A stretch of DNA of 64,000 nucleotides, from IMG/VR virus record IMGVR_UViG_3300025121_000011, positions 124,001 to 188,000 of that record. One strand, given 5' to 3'. A program made the translations under genes and the position numbers. Below the pieces are notes generated by a model that saw only the letters and a list, made by a program, of their open reading frames with translations, ran no database searches and was not told the origin of the DNA. Of the stretch, positions 41,901 to 48,680 are shown piece after piece. How positions within the stretch are numbered: the first letter of the stretch is position 1; every line of letters starts with the position of its first letter.

Positions 41901-42536
41901 TCGGATGTCAATTGGAAGAAAAATACTTGGCATCGGATAATGTGTGTTTATAAAACTAATACAAAATCTGCTGATACTATGAAAATTTTTGTAGATGGAC
42001 AAGAAGGAGATGTAATTAGATATGGTACTGGAATGGTCTATGGTACTGGATATATATATGGACAATTTATTCAAGATACAGGACAGGCTGCTTCTAAGGA
42101 TTATAGAATTAACTTAGGAACTGAATTTAGAGTAATCTCTATTGGTTCAGATATTTATGGAGATCATAGCGCTAGATCTAGAATTGATAACTTACGTTTT
42201 AGTAATATTATGAGAAATACAACTAGAGACTCATTGGGTCATTTCATAGATACTAATTATTCAAGTAATACTGATACCATTTATCCAGTAATAGAAGATG
42301 ATGCAACAACATTTATTTTAGATTTTGATGCAGATGGTGAAATAGTTGATAAATTTGCTACTGTTATTGACCCTAAATATGGTATATTTGATTTTAATAT
42401 AGATGTTATAGACAATTTTAATAAAGTAATTGGTATAAATGACGGTGAAATAGAGGATCTAATCACAGAATTGGTTAATAGGTTAAAACCTGCACATTCT
42501 AATGCTCTTGTAAAGTTTACTAAGAGTAAGTGCTAG
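32901..42536 (+). CDS. Giant (3211 aa) baseplate wedge / receptor-binding protein: gpI-like motifs plus Ig-like and LamG domains
   Basis: N-terminal Ig-like domain (QLKITFSDNL...LLTT); DRELYRSAI...KGPTIPAF (from 36450) and terminal LKPAH (42483-42497) are gpI/gp48-type motifs; LamG motifs EGTLEGWVRP, HHIAISW...LFIDG, YIGS...GVIDEFRI, EGTIEFW, TWHRIMCVY, RIDNLRFS. Confidence 0.65.
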   Translation: MALRPTAFSIPSTTQLKITFSDNLSEQLSKENFEVESLNAAISNLIIISIEITKNIVLLTTRPHVSGNYYLLKLLDTTDVIFSSEKGSRLLDSPISRELFFVGIDTVNPIRDRMLQNIPSLFDVDNTTLRNIISAQADEMLRAQVAIGRNLSNNYISIPVEDEIRVRGPGATDRLANENAYEITRVSDNLSTSLSKYDKLEYTSDNSYTLLQSIPFFPISLQQVLVEDEEISSNSVGNDFNGFLLSLSKSNVIRVLSITHIRNGETEDCNGNLGTDYDLNIYKYSLTNNKYDQLNAYSFAQLYSNQVLLSEFSNISRPSSLDTIKITYLYKNLGRAIIENSVSVSKIISKINESVPSNAVKFFLDHAPIVDSDNEIYSSKGGVIFHINENSIDTPNEFAVELLFGTSRMPKYIGEYTINYETGEVFVIGTKIGEGTGYNNYVMDYNYRKEFTQDVDFSISDQDVVAHPNRNLIGAEAEITFSYDKVYASGSDYAPLSHIEVINEQVKNKLSGSFSITTQHAPITDIFRIYNQTTGEVYNPLYHSDTEVFFSGNKSPEIVEINSENAKFNRITNEELSVIGKLISPAFNIRITSNPSTNFIAFEPGIPAELISINSDNYFVRTTSSVEGIISTEDIQIRFFGTPDVNNLINSFAISLTATLPSVNSEAIIGISTYQIYLDNEGIINKNLDSIGNLVNTSLSFSDATLFLVEKYFTPINSVSGIDDTSDGGISKALTSLKTTDFYSNLSRLRKVGDYTVDYENGIIYLAVDKDQDIYLGSASYYCYNIKAHNGNVYYASGAVKKVNSPDSIEEASLIYNDLHNDDEFIKILDLESSISIWDGVTEAGDLNGNFQITLEVLSDYSVVVPYDILTILSINQVIDLTGINLDDSDINNRIAESTRSSLLTTISNGGKNLYDPIRMSFSKNVIDLKTSKERRVYADNTGDFTVTIYDNAVDSIYKVTNVTTEIDLFDHKLNIIKLSDVEILNTIQSSPTTGTVYISISDISKIDTNSDFLLDASGNRFSILAIDSILSTLTVESPAINNITAMLPDLDVSGDYTTIVVKPTITITDSYLKIVIPSDAPISSGTLFRITYLTNLIPSVGTALAIDYRYGTIYIDYTYIKDYLTVSYEYGDNTLDWSINDSISEGDVYYVSYNYGAGREALQANFGSLTNIPFFENFPLSVDRELYRSAISGILQTFPKGPTIPAFKSLVKSFTDMNPNIDELTFGRWILGRDYLHVTKPEFTGSLEFRDGRFDDGLLFQPDTTVNIPTISSLSLQEGTLEGWVRPSWSGIDNDADITFEIDNIGDQKYFIDAKDKYKDNDWKIININNIGGLDETGLGSRLFNYNSDASAANGISIGPFLLSKEISHYNVATDSTQKIRIKATQASVRILDDITPITLAPVYSVATFGMLDGIKYIGAELTLKEVFTNISFATGSYIASIDDLPDYDRMHYLRSCSCSVTNNISKLEGFNSTLLKIDLNTSINLSTSLNQFAIVNNSISTFVVIDSVGNCWQVKALEDPSGQLYMSTLMPTVLKTIYLERFPLNRQHVSQDGVDAINALEPSGTFNLYIKSVTASAYNIVNSISAFNYLQFFAIDWSNYIDITIIKSLSENLVSIQVGKQTQSLFYSDLASTTDVSLFGSTHYPNGAIFGCAQSDVYTQVQSYKNRITVHNRYSLSDIHIGHDGYNPISMPFTINREDSPNYAIGLPPTIDTEDGIFIGYDELCKSPLSDQTGQWVFRTRSTRGISIPESVTFIGNTYTSNYTVYEIDHIFSGVITTDGAFSSVVRASRDDIGGCLNSPECSASFRYCGGELLEASGWVNLEETGSTLINTILTGAGTFYEPWSKIGNFSTTESDGIYRMISGSEDECRDEVGNYLFTKLPCGNNIEYITSVRVIDIDLGVITYGVGEFFGAVSGNLVGITPLHISFSYADIKITLALTNSLEPLIVLYDNYDNNIINYVSFNWNDNLYHEYKIIILESTQILRLYVDNLLLSQISLAEFITPIINTESYLAIHVLDGGVVSVDDFISNGLSNTIDVDLIEYTGSSYNGNIQLEDTDIFIHTESKIEFEFHIDQLDGYDAYDAYDAYDGYITPVVGIDEILVSADRAKYFIDSALDDNFGRISVFNDGKGFLNFRIYDESLSLGKEVGMYNLATNIKDWIAGESHHIAISWKLNSIDDKDEMHLFIDGIESPNIYKFGGVIPLKVNAKFSDVSQESLHSFLTHDVDFCNTYTNGIINAGSASFSSVDLIFTDEMIGRSILFTGGTNISSLLNKEYIIKSVTSGVVTFGRGSGLETIIFSASASDIEFKFPPTAGINSSILTDLRNSKFTIYRTLSDGSIQELGGILYEVNGGIIDIISGSNIEDPKYRANLSTRLIEFIGLNSNCDTIATVLMSDVDIHIETMGLNLQRYRDVVDLSASSYITDDSPYDGTSILKLYNIEPLSLSDVEIRRIILDRMVIDIGDIQSRVDGNYLASFSITLDTTSNKVSSAAGRINKQNLGRVVKLWFESDNVVFCETDGYDGYAMENAITIYGITTDGTDEETFSIYKNGYFSGTKFFTTISKIDGAMIIADPNYFELGVVSIKEDDLITVSNNNGDYAEIISYQNGTLTLSTAGSNNSFPFELHKGRYEVEYPSYLHISVPDLGKKLYIGSNYNGEKSWNGVIDEFRIISEMSNDTRTYESETSGTRSITRDYHSSNAFCTDSQTLALIHFDNPIDKQNRRLRNKEFLDEYNNIKFKLSVAQREELLALISDSANFISAMIKMGFNQDQAESTYYETLYAENGPIINEAEYYNNFNETQISYESVNDTFGKSGYFRSDSGLLYNNDLGYFRAQEGTIEFWTSPVLDTKVDTERRYYVDIADIKRERIMSKSSNIIELNNAASEILSVKLLTSAARFESYYTDSELDTILFDEVSRNKISGLLSGGSSVDKDFMTGGKLSANGLTITLAQALPGVNIDMIVTYIPIDSSGDRVSVFKDEYSQIVFSITADGVDNVVTSDVNWKKNTWHRIMCVYKTNTKSADTMKIFVDGQEGDVIRYGTGMVYGTGYIYGQFIQDTGQAASKDYRINLGTEFRVISIGSDIYGDHSARSRIDNLRFSNIMRNTTRDSLGHFIDTNYSSNTDTIYPVIEDDATTFILDFDADGEIVDKFATVIDPKYGIFDFNIDVIDNFNKVIGINDGEIEDLITELVNRLKPAHSNALVKFTKSKC

Positions 42537-42598
42537 CCAGCCTCTATTAATTATCCTACTTTTTATTAGGAATTGGATAACTATTTAGGAGTAAACTA

Positions 42599-45500
42599 AT
42601 GGCTAGCAAAGACCGACAAATCCCAGCACGAATAAATTTCTATGATGGGCAAAAGGTTACCGAATCAGATATGGATACAGAACAGATCCACAAAACATCT
42701 GTTATATCTAATATGATTTTGGATTTTCATGGAAGTGGGGTTGTTGATGATAATCCATTTGAAGATACGATTCTTTTTGATACAAGGTTTCCTGGAACAC
42801 ATGTTATAGACTCTTCTGATGAAAACGCATCTAAAGAGGATATTGAAAACGGAAGTTATGATGGTAAGGCTATATATTTGGATAGACAACCCACTGATAC
42901 AATTCGTGGAAATAGACTTGTTTTAGAATTGGTTGACTCATCTGTATTGGGCCGCAAAACAGCGAAAGTTCTTATTATAGGTAGAGCATTTGATGGAGTT
43001 AATGAAGTTGGTGAATTAGTTGTAGAATTAATTGAATTTAAAAATAATGAAGAAAAATTAACGAGTTATTATTATCGTCAAATAATCGCCATATTGTTTA
43101 ATAATTTTTCGGGAGGAGTTGGGAAAACTGAAACTGAAACTTCTGCTATAAGCGAAGATTTAATTACAGATACAGGTGGATATTTAACGGTTAAAGAAGC
43201 AGAACCTCTTAAGGTTTATTCTAATCCATACATGTCATATCAAATTGAATCACCAAATATTGGATTACGAAATTTTATAACATCTGATATTAATAATTCT
43301 ATTTCTGATGAAATCACAGAAGCTTTAGGTTCTGCCATCAGCATTACCGATATGTATATCGAATTAGATGGACAAGGATCTATTTCTTTCTCTGCCAATG
43401 CAGACTCAACAATAAGCTATGGACAAAAGTTCTTATCATACTCTAATAATATTCAAAGAATAGATTTGCTTTTAGCAGTAATAGAAGATACTTCCGTACC
43501 AGCAGAACAAAAATTTGATTGGTCTGGTGATTTAGTAATTTCTATTCACGAATTATCATCAGAACCAAAGTGTTCTACTGACGCCATTCCTGATGATCTA
43601 ATTAATTTTGATCCAGAATTATCTCCAATAGTAGAGATGTCTTTTAGTCAAGCTGACTTTGAGGGTTTGGGATTTGTATTAAATGATACATCACAGTTAA
43701 TAAGCTTTAATTTTGCCGGAACATTAATAGCAGATCCGCAGATTTCACCATCTGTACAAACAAATAAGTATTATGCATTTTTAATAAGTCGACGAGGAGA
43801 TAACAGAACCGGAACTATTCTTTTAGAAAAGGGTTTTGATAAGGTTACTAAAAAAAATCTAGATGGTGTTCCTTTAACGACTATAGAGGAGTTTTCTAAA
43901 CAACAAAGCAAATTCACAGAATTCGATCCCAATACACAAAGATATATAGATGATTCTAGTAGCTCATTATGGTACATTGTTCATTCTGATGATGTTGAAG
44001 TTGTAAACGGAACAGCTTATTCTGATGATGGATTTGCAATTACATTAGAGAAAACAGAAGATTTTATTGGGAATTCAGAAATTTCTAAATTTGAAAGACA
44101 TATTTCTTTGGCAAATATTTCTTCTGATGCCAAAAATTATGTTGTTCTATCGCATAGTGAAAAATTTACTACACCCAGGGCTCATCCTAGGACTGGAAAT
44201 AGAACTTTTACCAGAATAGAAGATACCGGACTAATTTCTATAGTAGATGCCACAGGTTTAACAGATCTGTTAGAGAACAGTACTCCGCTATTGCTTGCTA
44301 AAGTGATAGATCAAAATGTAAGAGATGCTCAAAGCATTACTGGTGAAGCAGATAAACCAGGCATTATTTTACCAGACCGAGTAATAATAATTGATCCATC
44401 TACAGAGTTATCTACTTCTAATTTGATTGGTAGAATTTTTATCCCAGATACCAATTGTCAATGTACAGCTAGATATAGAATTGGTAAAGTAGAATGTAAT
44501 ATCATTAAAACTGGAGACCTTAATGATGATGGAGACATTACTAATGCTGATTTATCTTTGTTATTAAATATTGTTGGAAATACAATCAACTCTGAAGCAA
44601 CAGAACGCAAGATTTTAAGTGGAGAGTTAGATTTACAAGATTTCCTATTATCAGATCTCGATTCTAACGATACAGTTGACGGATTTGATATAGAGCTTAT
44701 GGAAGATGCCATTGATGGATATATCAACTTTACCACAGCAGAAGAAATTAAGTTTTTAACGCTTAGATTAGAAAATATTCTAGAGGATAGTGATTCTCCT
44801 ATCATCTTTACCGATATATTGGGAAGTGGTATAACTACTGCTAATTCTAGTACCTTATTATTCGAAGCATCTTCGGAACAAAAAGCACTTATTATTAGGT
44901 CTGGTGACACAGTTGAGATTGAGCAATCTTCATTAGATGCTGGTGTTTATACCATAGCAACAAAGAGTATTGCTTCCGATAATCTAACTGTTACCGTTAC
45001 CGTACTGGATAGTACTGGTACAGCTCCAATATTTATTGGAGATCTTGGATTTAATGTAACAATTGTAAGTGGTACAGAAGTAAATACATATGTAGATAAT
45101 AACTCATTAGTTAATGTCCCATTTACATCTACTAGTTATTCTATTGATTTTGTTGAATATCCATACGATGAAGTTTTCTTAAATATTTGTGATTTAAGAA
45201 GATTCGTAGGTGTTAGTTTTATTGAGCAAGCAACAAATACTTGTATTTGTGAAGAAACGGATTGTTTAAGTACGCCAAGCTGCGAACCAATATATAAAAA
45301 TCAAACTTTTATTCCTGGTGATTTATATGTAACGGGAGATATACTTTCTGATACAAATACTCCATATCATGGAGATTTCGAATTTGCTAAAATTCAGATT
45401 CCTTTACCTCCAGGCAGCATCACTGATTGTGCTATAAATTTATATACAAATTTTATTAAAGCTGATGATCTTAGTAGTTGCAAAACAGCCTCTGGCTATC

Positions 45501-47146
45501 CAGCTATGAAATATTCTGATGGTACTTATGTTGGTTGTGATGATAATGGAGCTGATACAGACTTAACTAAAGGTCGAGTTAAAATTTCACAAGCTATAGG
45601 TAGCCTGTATGTAGATTCTTTAATTGATGGTTATGCAACAGATGGCTATGCTGATGCTACGGCTTCATCATCTTCAGAAGAATTAGTAACCGAAAACTTT
45701 ATAGATCATAGTTATACATCTTTCTCAACCTGGATTGAAGATCCTTTTAATAATGTTATAATTACTACATTATCTCATCCATCTGGAACAAATCAACCTG
45801 CTACTTTTCAGTTAACTACAGCACTAGATGCTAGTTTGAGATTTGGAAGATTAAACACACCAGCAGTAGCTGATGATTTTGAAGATGATTTCGTTGTAGA
45901 TTGGACAGCATCCAGAACAACTTGGCCCAGCGCAAGCTTAACTTCTGGTGTAATATCTTCATTTATGACACTAACCGTTGATAACGTAGATGGTTCTAGT
46001 GCGGAATACAAATTAGGTTGGATGGCTCAAGTATCTGGTACCGTTCTTTTCTTTTCCGGAACAACAACCAACAGTTTAAGTGTTGTTACATCTTCATTCT
46101 CTCATCAAGTTTCTGCACCAGATAGCTTAGGGGATGATGTTTTGTTTAGATTCCGCAGAATTAATGATGTTATTACCGCACATTATTTAGTTCCAGGTGC
46201 AATATCAGAGCTAGAAACCCCATTTGGTCAATATGTTAGAATTGGTACTAATCCAACCATTCAAGCAGGAAGTGGGCCGGCGTCTATTAGCTTTGAAATA
46301 AATCAAAATAGCTTACCAAATGTTGGGCTTGCCTTCTTTACATCATTAAGTGAAGTAGTAATTAAGTCTTCATATTTATCTAATGATAGTCCCACCAGTG
46401 TAACTATTGGAAGAGATGCACTAACATCTATTATAGATCGTGTAGCATATACTTTTCCTATTAACTTAACTAGTAGAACAAATATAGTTTCTGCTAATCT
46501 AATTCTAACTTCTGCTTCAAACGCTACAATTACAGATACATTTAATGTGATTCCACTAGATATTTTAAATGCAGATAATTTAGGTAAATATTATGATTAT
46601 CCATTATCTCAAAACAACTCACTAATAGCGTCCTTTGCACCTGGTACAATAGTAAGCGGCGGGTCAATCACCATCGATGTAACTAATGCGGTCATTTCTA
46701 TGATGGCAGAAGCCGGACATTTACCTGGTTTTATAAAAGGATTTGTAATTGAACCAGATTTAACCGCAGATTCTGAATTTTTAATCAATACTGCTGCAAC
46801 ACTTGAAATTGGATATGAAGATATTACAACGGGTGTTATTTTCAAGGTTGGCATATCTATAGATCCCACTACTGGAATAGCAACCTTTAATACTAGAAAC
46901 ATTCTATATGATGCCATTCTAGAAGAATCCAGAACCGTTATCAACTTCGGCGTTTATTTAAAGAAAGCCGGATTTATCAATAATGATTTATATATTTCTA
47001 TTGCAGATATAAAAAGAATCGGTCTCGGTACATGTGCAGATGAAAGTGTACTAGCAGATGATGATGAATGTTGGTTTATCGCGGGATCTACTGCAACTGG
47101 GACATTTGTAGGCGGAAGCTTCCCCTGCCAATACCACCTGCCATAA
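42599..47146 (+). CDS. 1515-aa tail/baseplate-attached adhesin-like protein with dockerin-like and DNRLRE-like domains
   Basis: AGGAG SD; N-terminal RINFYDGQKVTESDMDTEQ resembles baseplate-attachment N-termini; paired Ca loops GDLNDDGDITNAD and SDLDSNDTVDGFD; C-terminal IVSANLIL...ITIDVTNAV...GFVI. Confidence 0.55.
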   Translation: MASKDRQIPARINFYDGQKVTESDMDTEQIHKTSVISNMILDFHGSGVVDDNPFEDTILFDTRFPGTHVIDSSDENASKEDIENGSYDGKAIYLDRQPTDTIRGNRLVLELVDSSVLGRKTAKVLIIGRAFDGVNEVGELVVELIEFKNNEEKLTSYYYRQIIAILFNNFSGGVGKTETETSAISEDLITDTGGYLTVKEAEPLKVYSNPYMSYQIESPNIGLRNFITSDINNSISDEITEALGSAISITDMYIELDGQGSISFSANADSTISYGQKFLSYSNNIQRIDLLLAVIEDTSVPAEQKFDWSGDLVISIHELSSEPKCSTDAIPDDLINFDPELSPIVEMSFSQADFEGLGFVLNDTSQLISFNFAGTLIADPQISPSVQTNKYYAFLISRRGDNRTGTILLEKGFDKVTKKNLDGVPLTTIEEFSKQQSKFTEFDPNTQRYIDDSSSSLWYIVHSDDVEVVNGTAYSDDGFAITLEKTEDFIGNSEISKFERHISLANISSDAKNYVVLSHSEKFTTPRAHPRTGNRTFTRIEDTGLISIVDATGLTDLLENSTPLLLAKVIDQNVRDAQSITGEADKPGIILPDRVIIIDPSTELSTSNLIGRIFIPDTNCQCTARYRIGKVECNIIKTGDLNDDGDITNADLSLLLNIVGNTINSEATERKILSGELDLQDFLLSDLDSNDTVDGFDIELMEDAIDGYINFTTAEEIKFLTLRLENILEDSDSPIIFTDILGSGITTANSSTLLFEASSEQKALIIRSGDTVEIEQSSLDAGVYTIATKSIASDNLTVTVTVLDSTGTAPIFIGDLGFNVTIVSGTEVNTYVDNNSLVNVPFTSTSYSIDFVEYPYDEVFLNICDLRRFVGVSFIEQATNTCICEETDCLSTPSCEPIYKNQTFIPGDLYVTGDILSDTNTPYHGDFEFAKIQIPLPPGSITDCAINLYTNFIKADDLSSCKTASGYPAMKYSDGTYVGCDDNGADTDLTKGRVKISQAIGSLYVDSLIDGYATDGYADATASSSSEELVTENFIDHSYTSFSTWIEDPFNNVIITTLSHPSGTNQPATFQLTTALDASLRFGRLNTPAVADDFEDDFVVDWTASRTTWPSASLTSGVISSFMTLTVDNVDGSSAEYKLGWMAQVSGTVLFFSGTTTNSLSVVTSSFSHQVSAPDSLGDDVLFRFRRINDVITAHYLVPGAISELETPFGQYVRIGTNPTIQAGSGPASISFEINQNSLPNVGLAFFTSLSEVVIKSSYLSNDSPTSVTIGRDALTSIIDRVAYTFPINLTSRTNIVSANLILTSASNATITDTFNVIPLDILNADNLGKYYDYPLSQNNSLIASFAPGTIVSGGSITIDVTNAVISMMAEAGHLPGFIKGFVIEPDLTADSEFLINTAATLEIGYEDITTGVIFKVGISIDPTTGIATFNTRNILYDAILEESRTVINFGVYLKKAGFINNDLYISIADIKRIGLGTCADESVLADDDECWFIAGSTATGTFVGGSFPCQYHLP

Positions 47147-47191
47147 AAAGCATTATTTAAATAAAATAATAATAATAACTATAGGATTAAA

Positions 47192-47416
47192 GTGCCAATA
47201 CCAATAACATGCATGATTACTTGGGCATGCGATAGCCCTGGGTGTAGTAATAAAGTTGATCTTTACACCAATATATCTGATAACTACCTTCCAGCAAGGA
47301 TGCCCTCTGGCTGGACTATAATGCTTAATGACATAGACCTTAATAAATCTAAAGTTATTTGTGATAAACATTTAATTAAAATTAGAGATGTAGTAAGAGA
47401 AGATATAAGGAGATGA
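47192..47416 (+). CDS. Small putative zinc-binding protein (CxxxxC...CxxH)
   Basis: GTG start with AGGA SD; 74 aa containing CDSPGC and CDKH. Confidence 0.55.
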   Translation: MPIPITCMITWACDSPGCSNKVDLYTNISDNYLPARMPSGWTIMLNDIDLNKSKVICDKHLIKIRDVVREDIRR

Positions 47417-47451
47417 TTAAAGTTTCTTTTTCATCAAGTAAGAAACTTTAA
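47417..47451. repeat. 12-bp perfect inverted repeat (possible terminator or operator) at the structural/glycosylation boundary
   Basis: TTAAAGTTTCTT (47417-47428) / AAGAAACTTTAA (47440-47451), 11-nt loop, right after the 74-aa ORF stop. Confidence 0.45.
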
Positions 47452-47496
47452 GAATAAAATAGATCGCGCCATACATAATATAGTATATTCTATTTC

Positions 47497-47538
47497 GTAT
47501 ACAGTATACACTTCTGTTAGAATATATATATTATATTC
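47497..47538 (+). promoter_or_regulatory. Candidate extended -10 promoter for the glycosyltransferase operon, with flanking palindromes
   Basis: TGtTAGAAT at 47515-47523 (TGn plus 5/6 match to TATAAT); GTATAC-a-GTATAC at 47497-47509; GAATATA/TATATTC at 47520-47538; GAGGAG SD at 47563-47568. AT-richness weakens all of these. Confidence 0.3.
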
Positions 47539-47573
47539 AGCCTGGTATGCAAAAGATCTAAAGAGGAGTATCG

Positions 47574-48680
47574 GTGTCAAATATATTAAAAATCAGAAGC
47601 AGAGGCATAATGGGAACCCATCACAGTTGGGCTGTAGTGATGAGATCTCTATTTGCAGTGTGGATTTCTCAGGGACATGATAGTTATATCACAACCACAA
47701 ATTCATATGATGGATTTCCTGAGGAATGGCGTAAGTTTTGTGATCGCGAATATCATCGTCCGGATTTAGATATTTGTTACACTTTGCCTAGAAATTTTAA
47801 TGCGAGATTCATGAAGAAGTCGCGTAATAAAATGGCAATTTATAATTATGAAACAAGTTTACTACCAAAGGAGTGGGTGAAGGATGTTTCTCATATTGAT
47901 TTTTTGTTGCCATCTAGTGAATTTTCAAAATGGGTATTTACTAATAGTGGAATTAGTTCTGATAAATGTGTTGTGATTCCGCATGGAATAAATCAAAGAG
48001 ATTTTTTAGATAAATCTACCATTACATTAGGCAATAATAAAACTTTTAGATTTTTAAATATTTCGATTCCTCATTATAGGAAGAATATAAATGTTTTATT
48101 AGAAGCATATTACGCTGCTTTTGATGCATCGGATGATGTGTGTTTGGTTTTAAAAACAGATTTAAATCCGCCAAAGGATCGAAAAAGATTTTTATTTGAA
48201 GCGGATATAGCAGAACAAATACAGCATATCCAAGTGTATTATAATAAAATTGGTAAGAGTTTGCCTCAAGTGGAGATAGTACAGCAAAGTTTGCCAAGTA
48301 TGATTCCTCTTTATAATTCATGTAATTGTCTTGTTAGCGCATCTTCTTCTGAGGGATTTGGATTACCATTATTAGAAGGTCTTGCTGCACATATGTTGGT
48401 TGTTTCTCCGCGTTGCACAGGACAATTAGATTTTTTAAATGATCAAAATTCTATATTATATAATGTAAAAGAAGTGATAGCTCCTCCACATTATCAATAT
48501 TGGAGGCCAACAGATGGTGCTACAACCTTTATGCCGCATAAAGATGATTTAGCCGAGGCTATGTTAAGTGCTTATAATAATTATCAAGTGCTACAAGAAT
48601 CATTTGAAGCTGGTCGACAAGAGGTTCTTAAACAATTTACATGGGAAAGTGCCGCTAATAAGATTTTGGAATTATTATGA
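47574..48680 (+). CDS. Glycosyltransferase, GT-B fold (GT4-like)
   Basis: GTG start; VIPHGIN, HYRKNINVLLEAY, YNSCNCLVSASSSEGFGLPLLEG, FTWESAA. Confidence 0.9.
   Translation: MSNILKIRSRGIMGTHHSWAVVMRSLFAVWISQGHDSYITTTNSYDGFPEEWRKFCDREYHRPDLDICYTLPRNFNARFMKKSRNKMAIYNYETSLLPKEWVKDVSHIDFLLPSSEFSKWVFTNSGISSDKCVVIPHGINQRDFLDKSTITLGNNKTFRFLNISIPHYRKNINVLLEAYYAAFDASDDVCLVLKTDLNPPKDRKRFLFEADIAEQIQHIQVYYNKIGKSLPQVEIVQQSLPSMIPLYNSCNCLVSASSSEGFGLPLLEGLAAHMLVVSPRCTGQLDFLNDQNSILYNVKEVIAPPHYQYWRPTDGATTFMPHKDDLAEAMLSAYNNYQVLQESFEAGRQEVLKQFTWESAANKILELL

Noticed and set aside
5971-42551. Possible phage late-promoter motif CTA(C/T)TAAT-like upstream of several genes (5971, 9476, 29092, 42544)
   Set aside because: Copies are degenerate, all-AT-like and at variable distances from starts; not distinguishable from background without a motif-enrichment test.
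5158-47146. Interpretation as an extracellular contractile injection system or tailocin rather than a phage
   Set aside because: No Afp15-type AAA ATPase, only one tube gene, a lambda G/GT-like chaperone arrangement and phage-style gene packing favour a phage. It cannot be fully excluded because no head genes are in the window.
47413-47451. 12-codon ORF MIKVSFSSSKKL after AAGGAG
   Set aside because: The SD-like sequence abuts the ATG with no spacer and the ORF coincides with the inverted repeat; unlikely to be translated.
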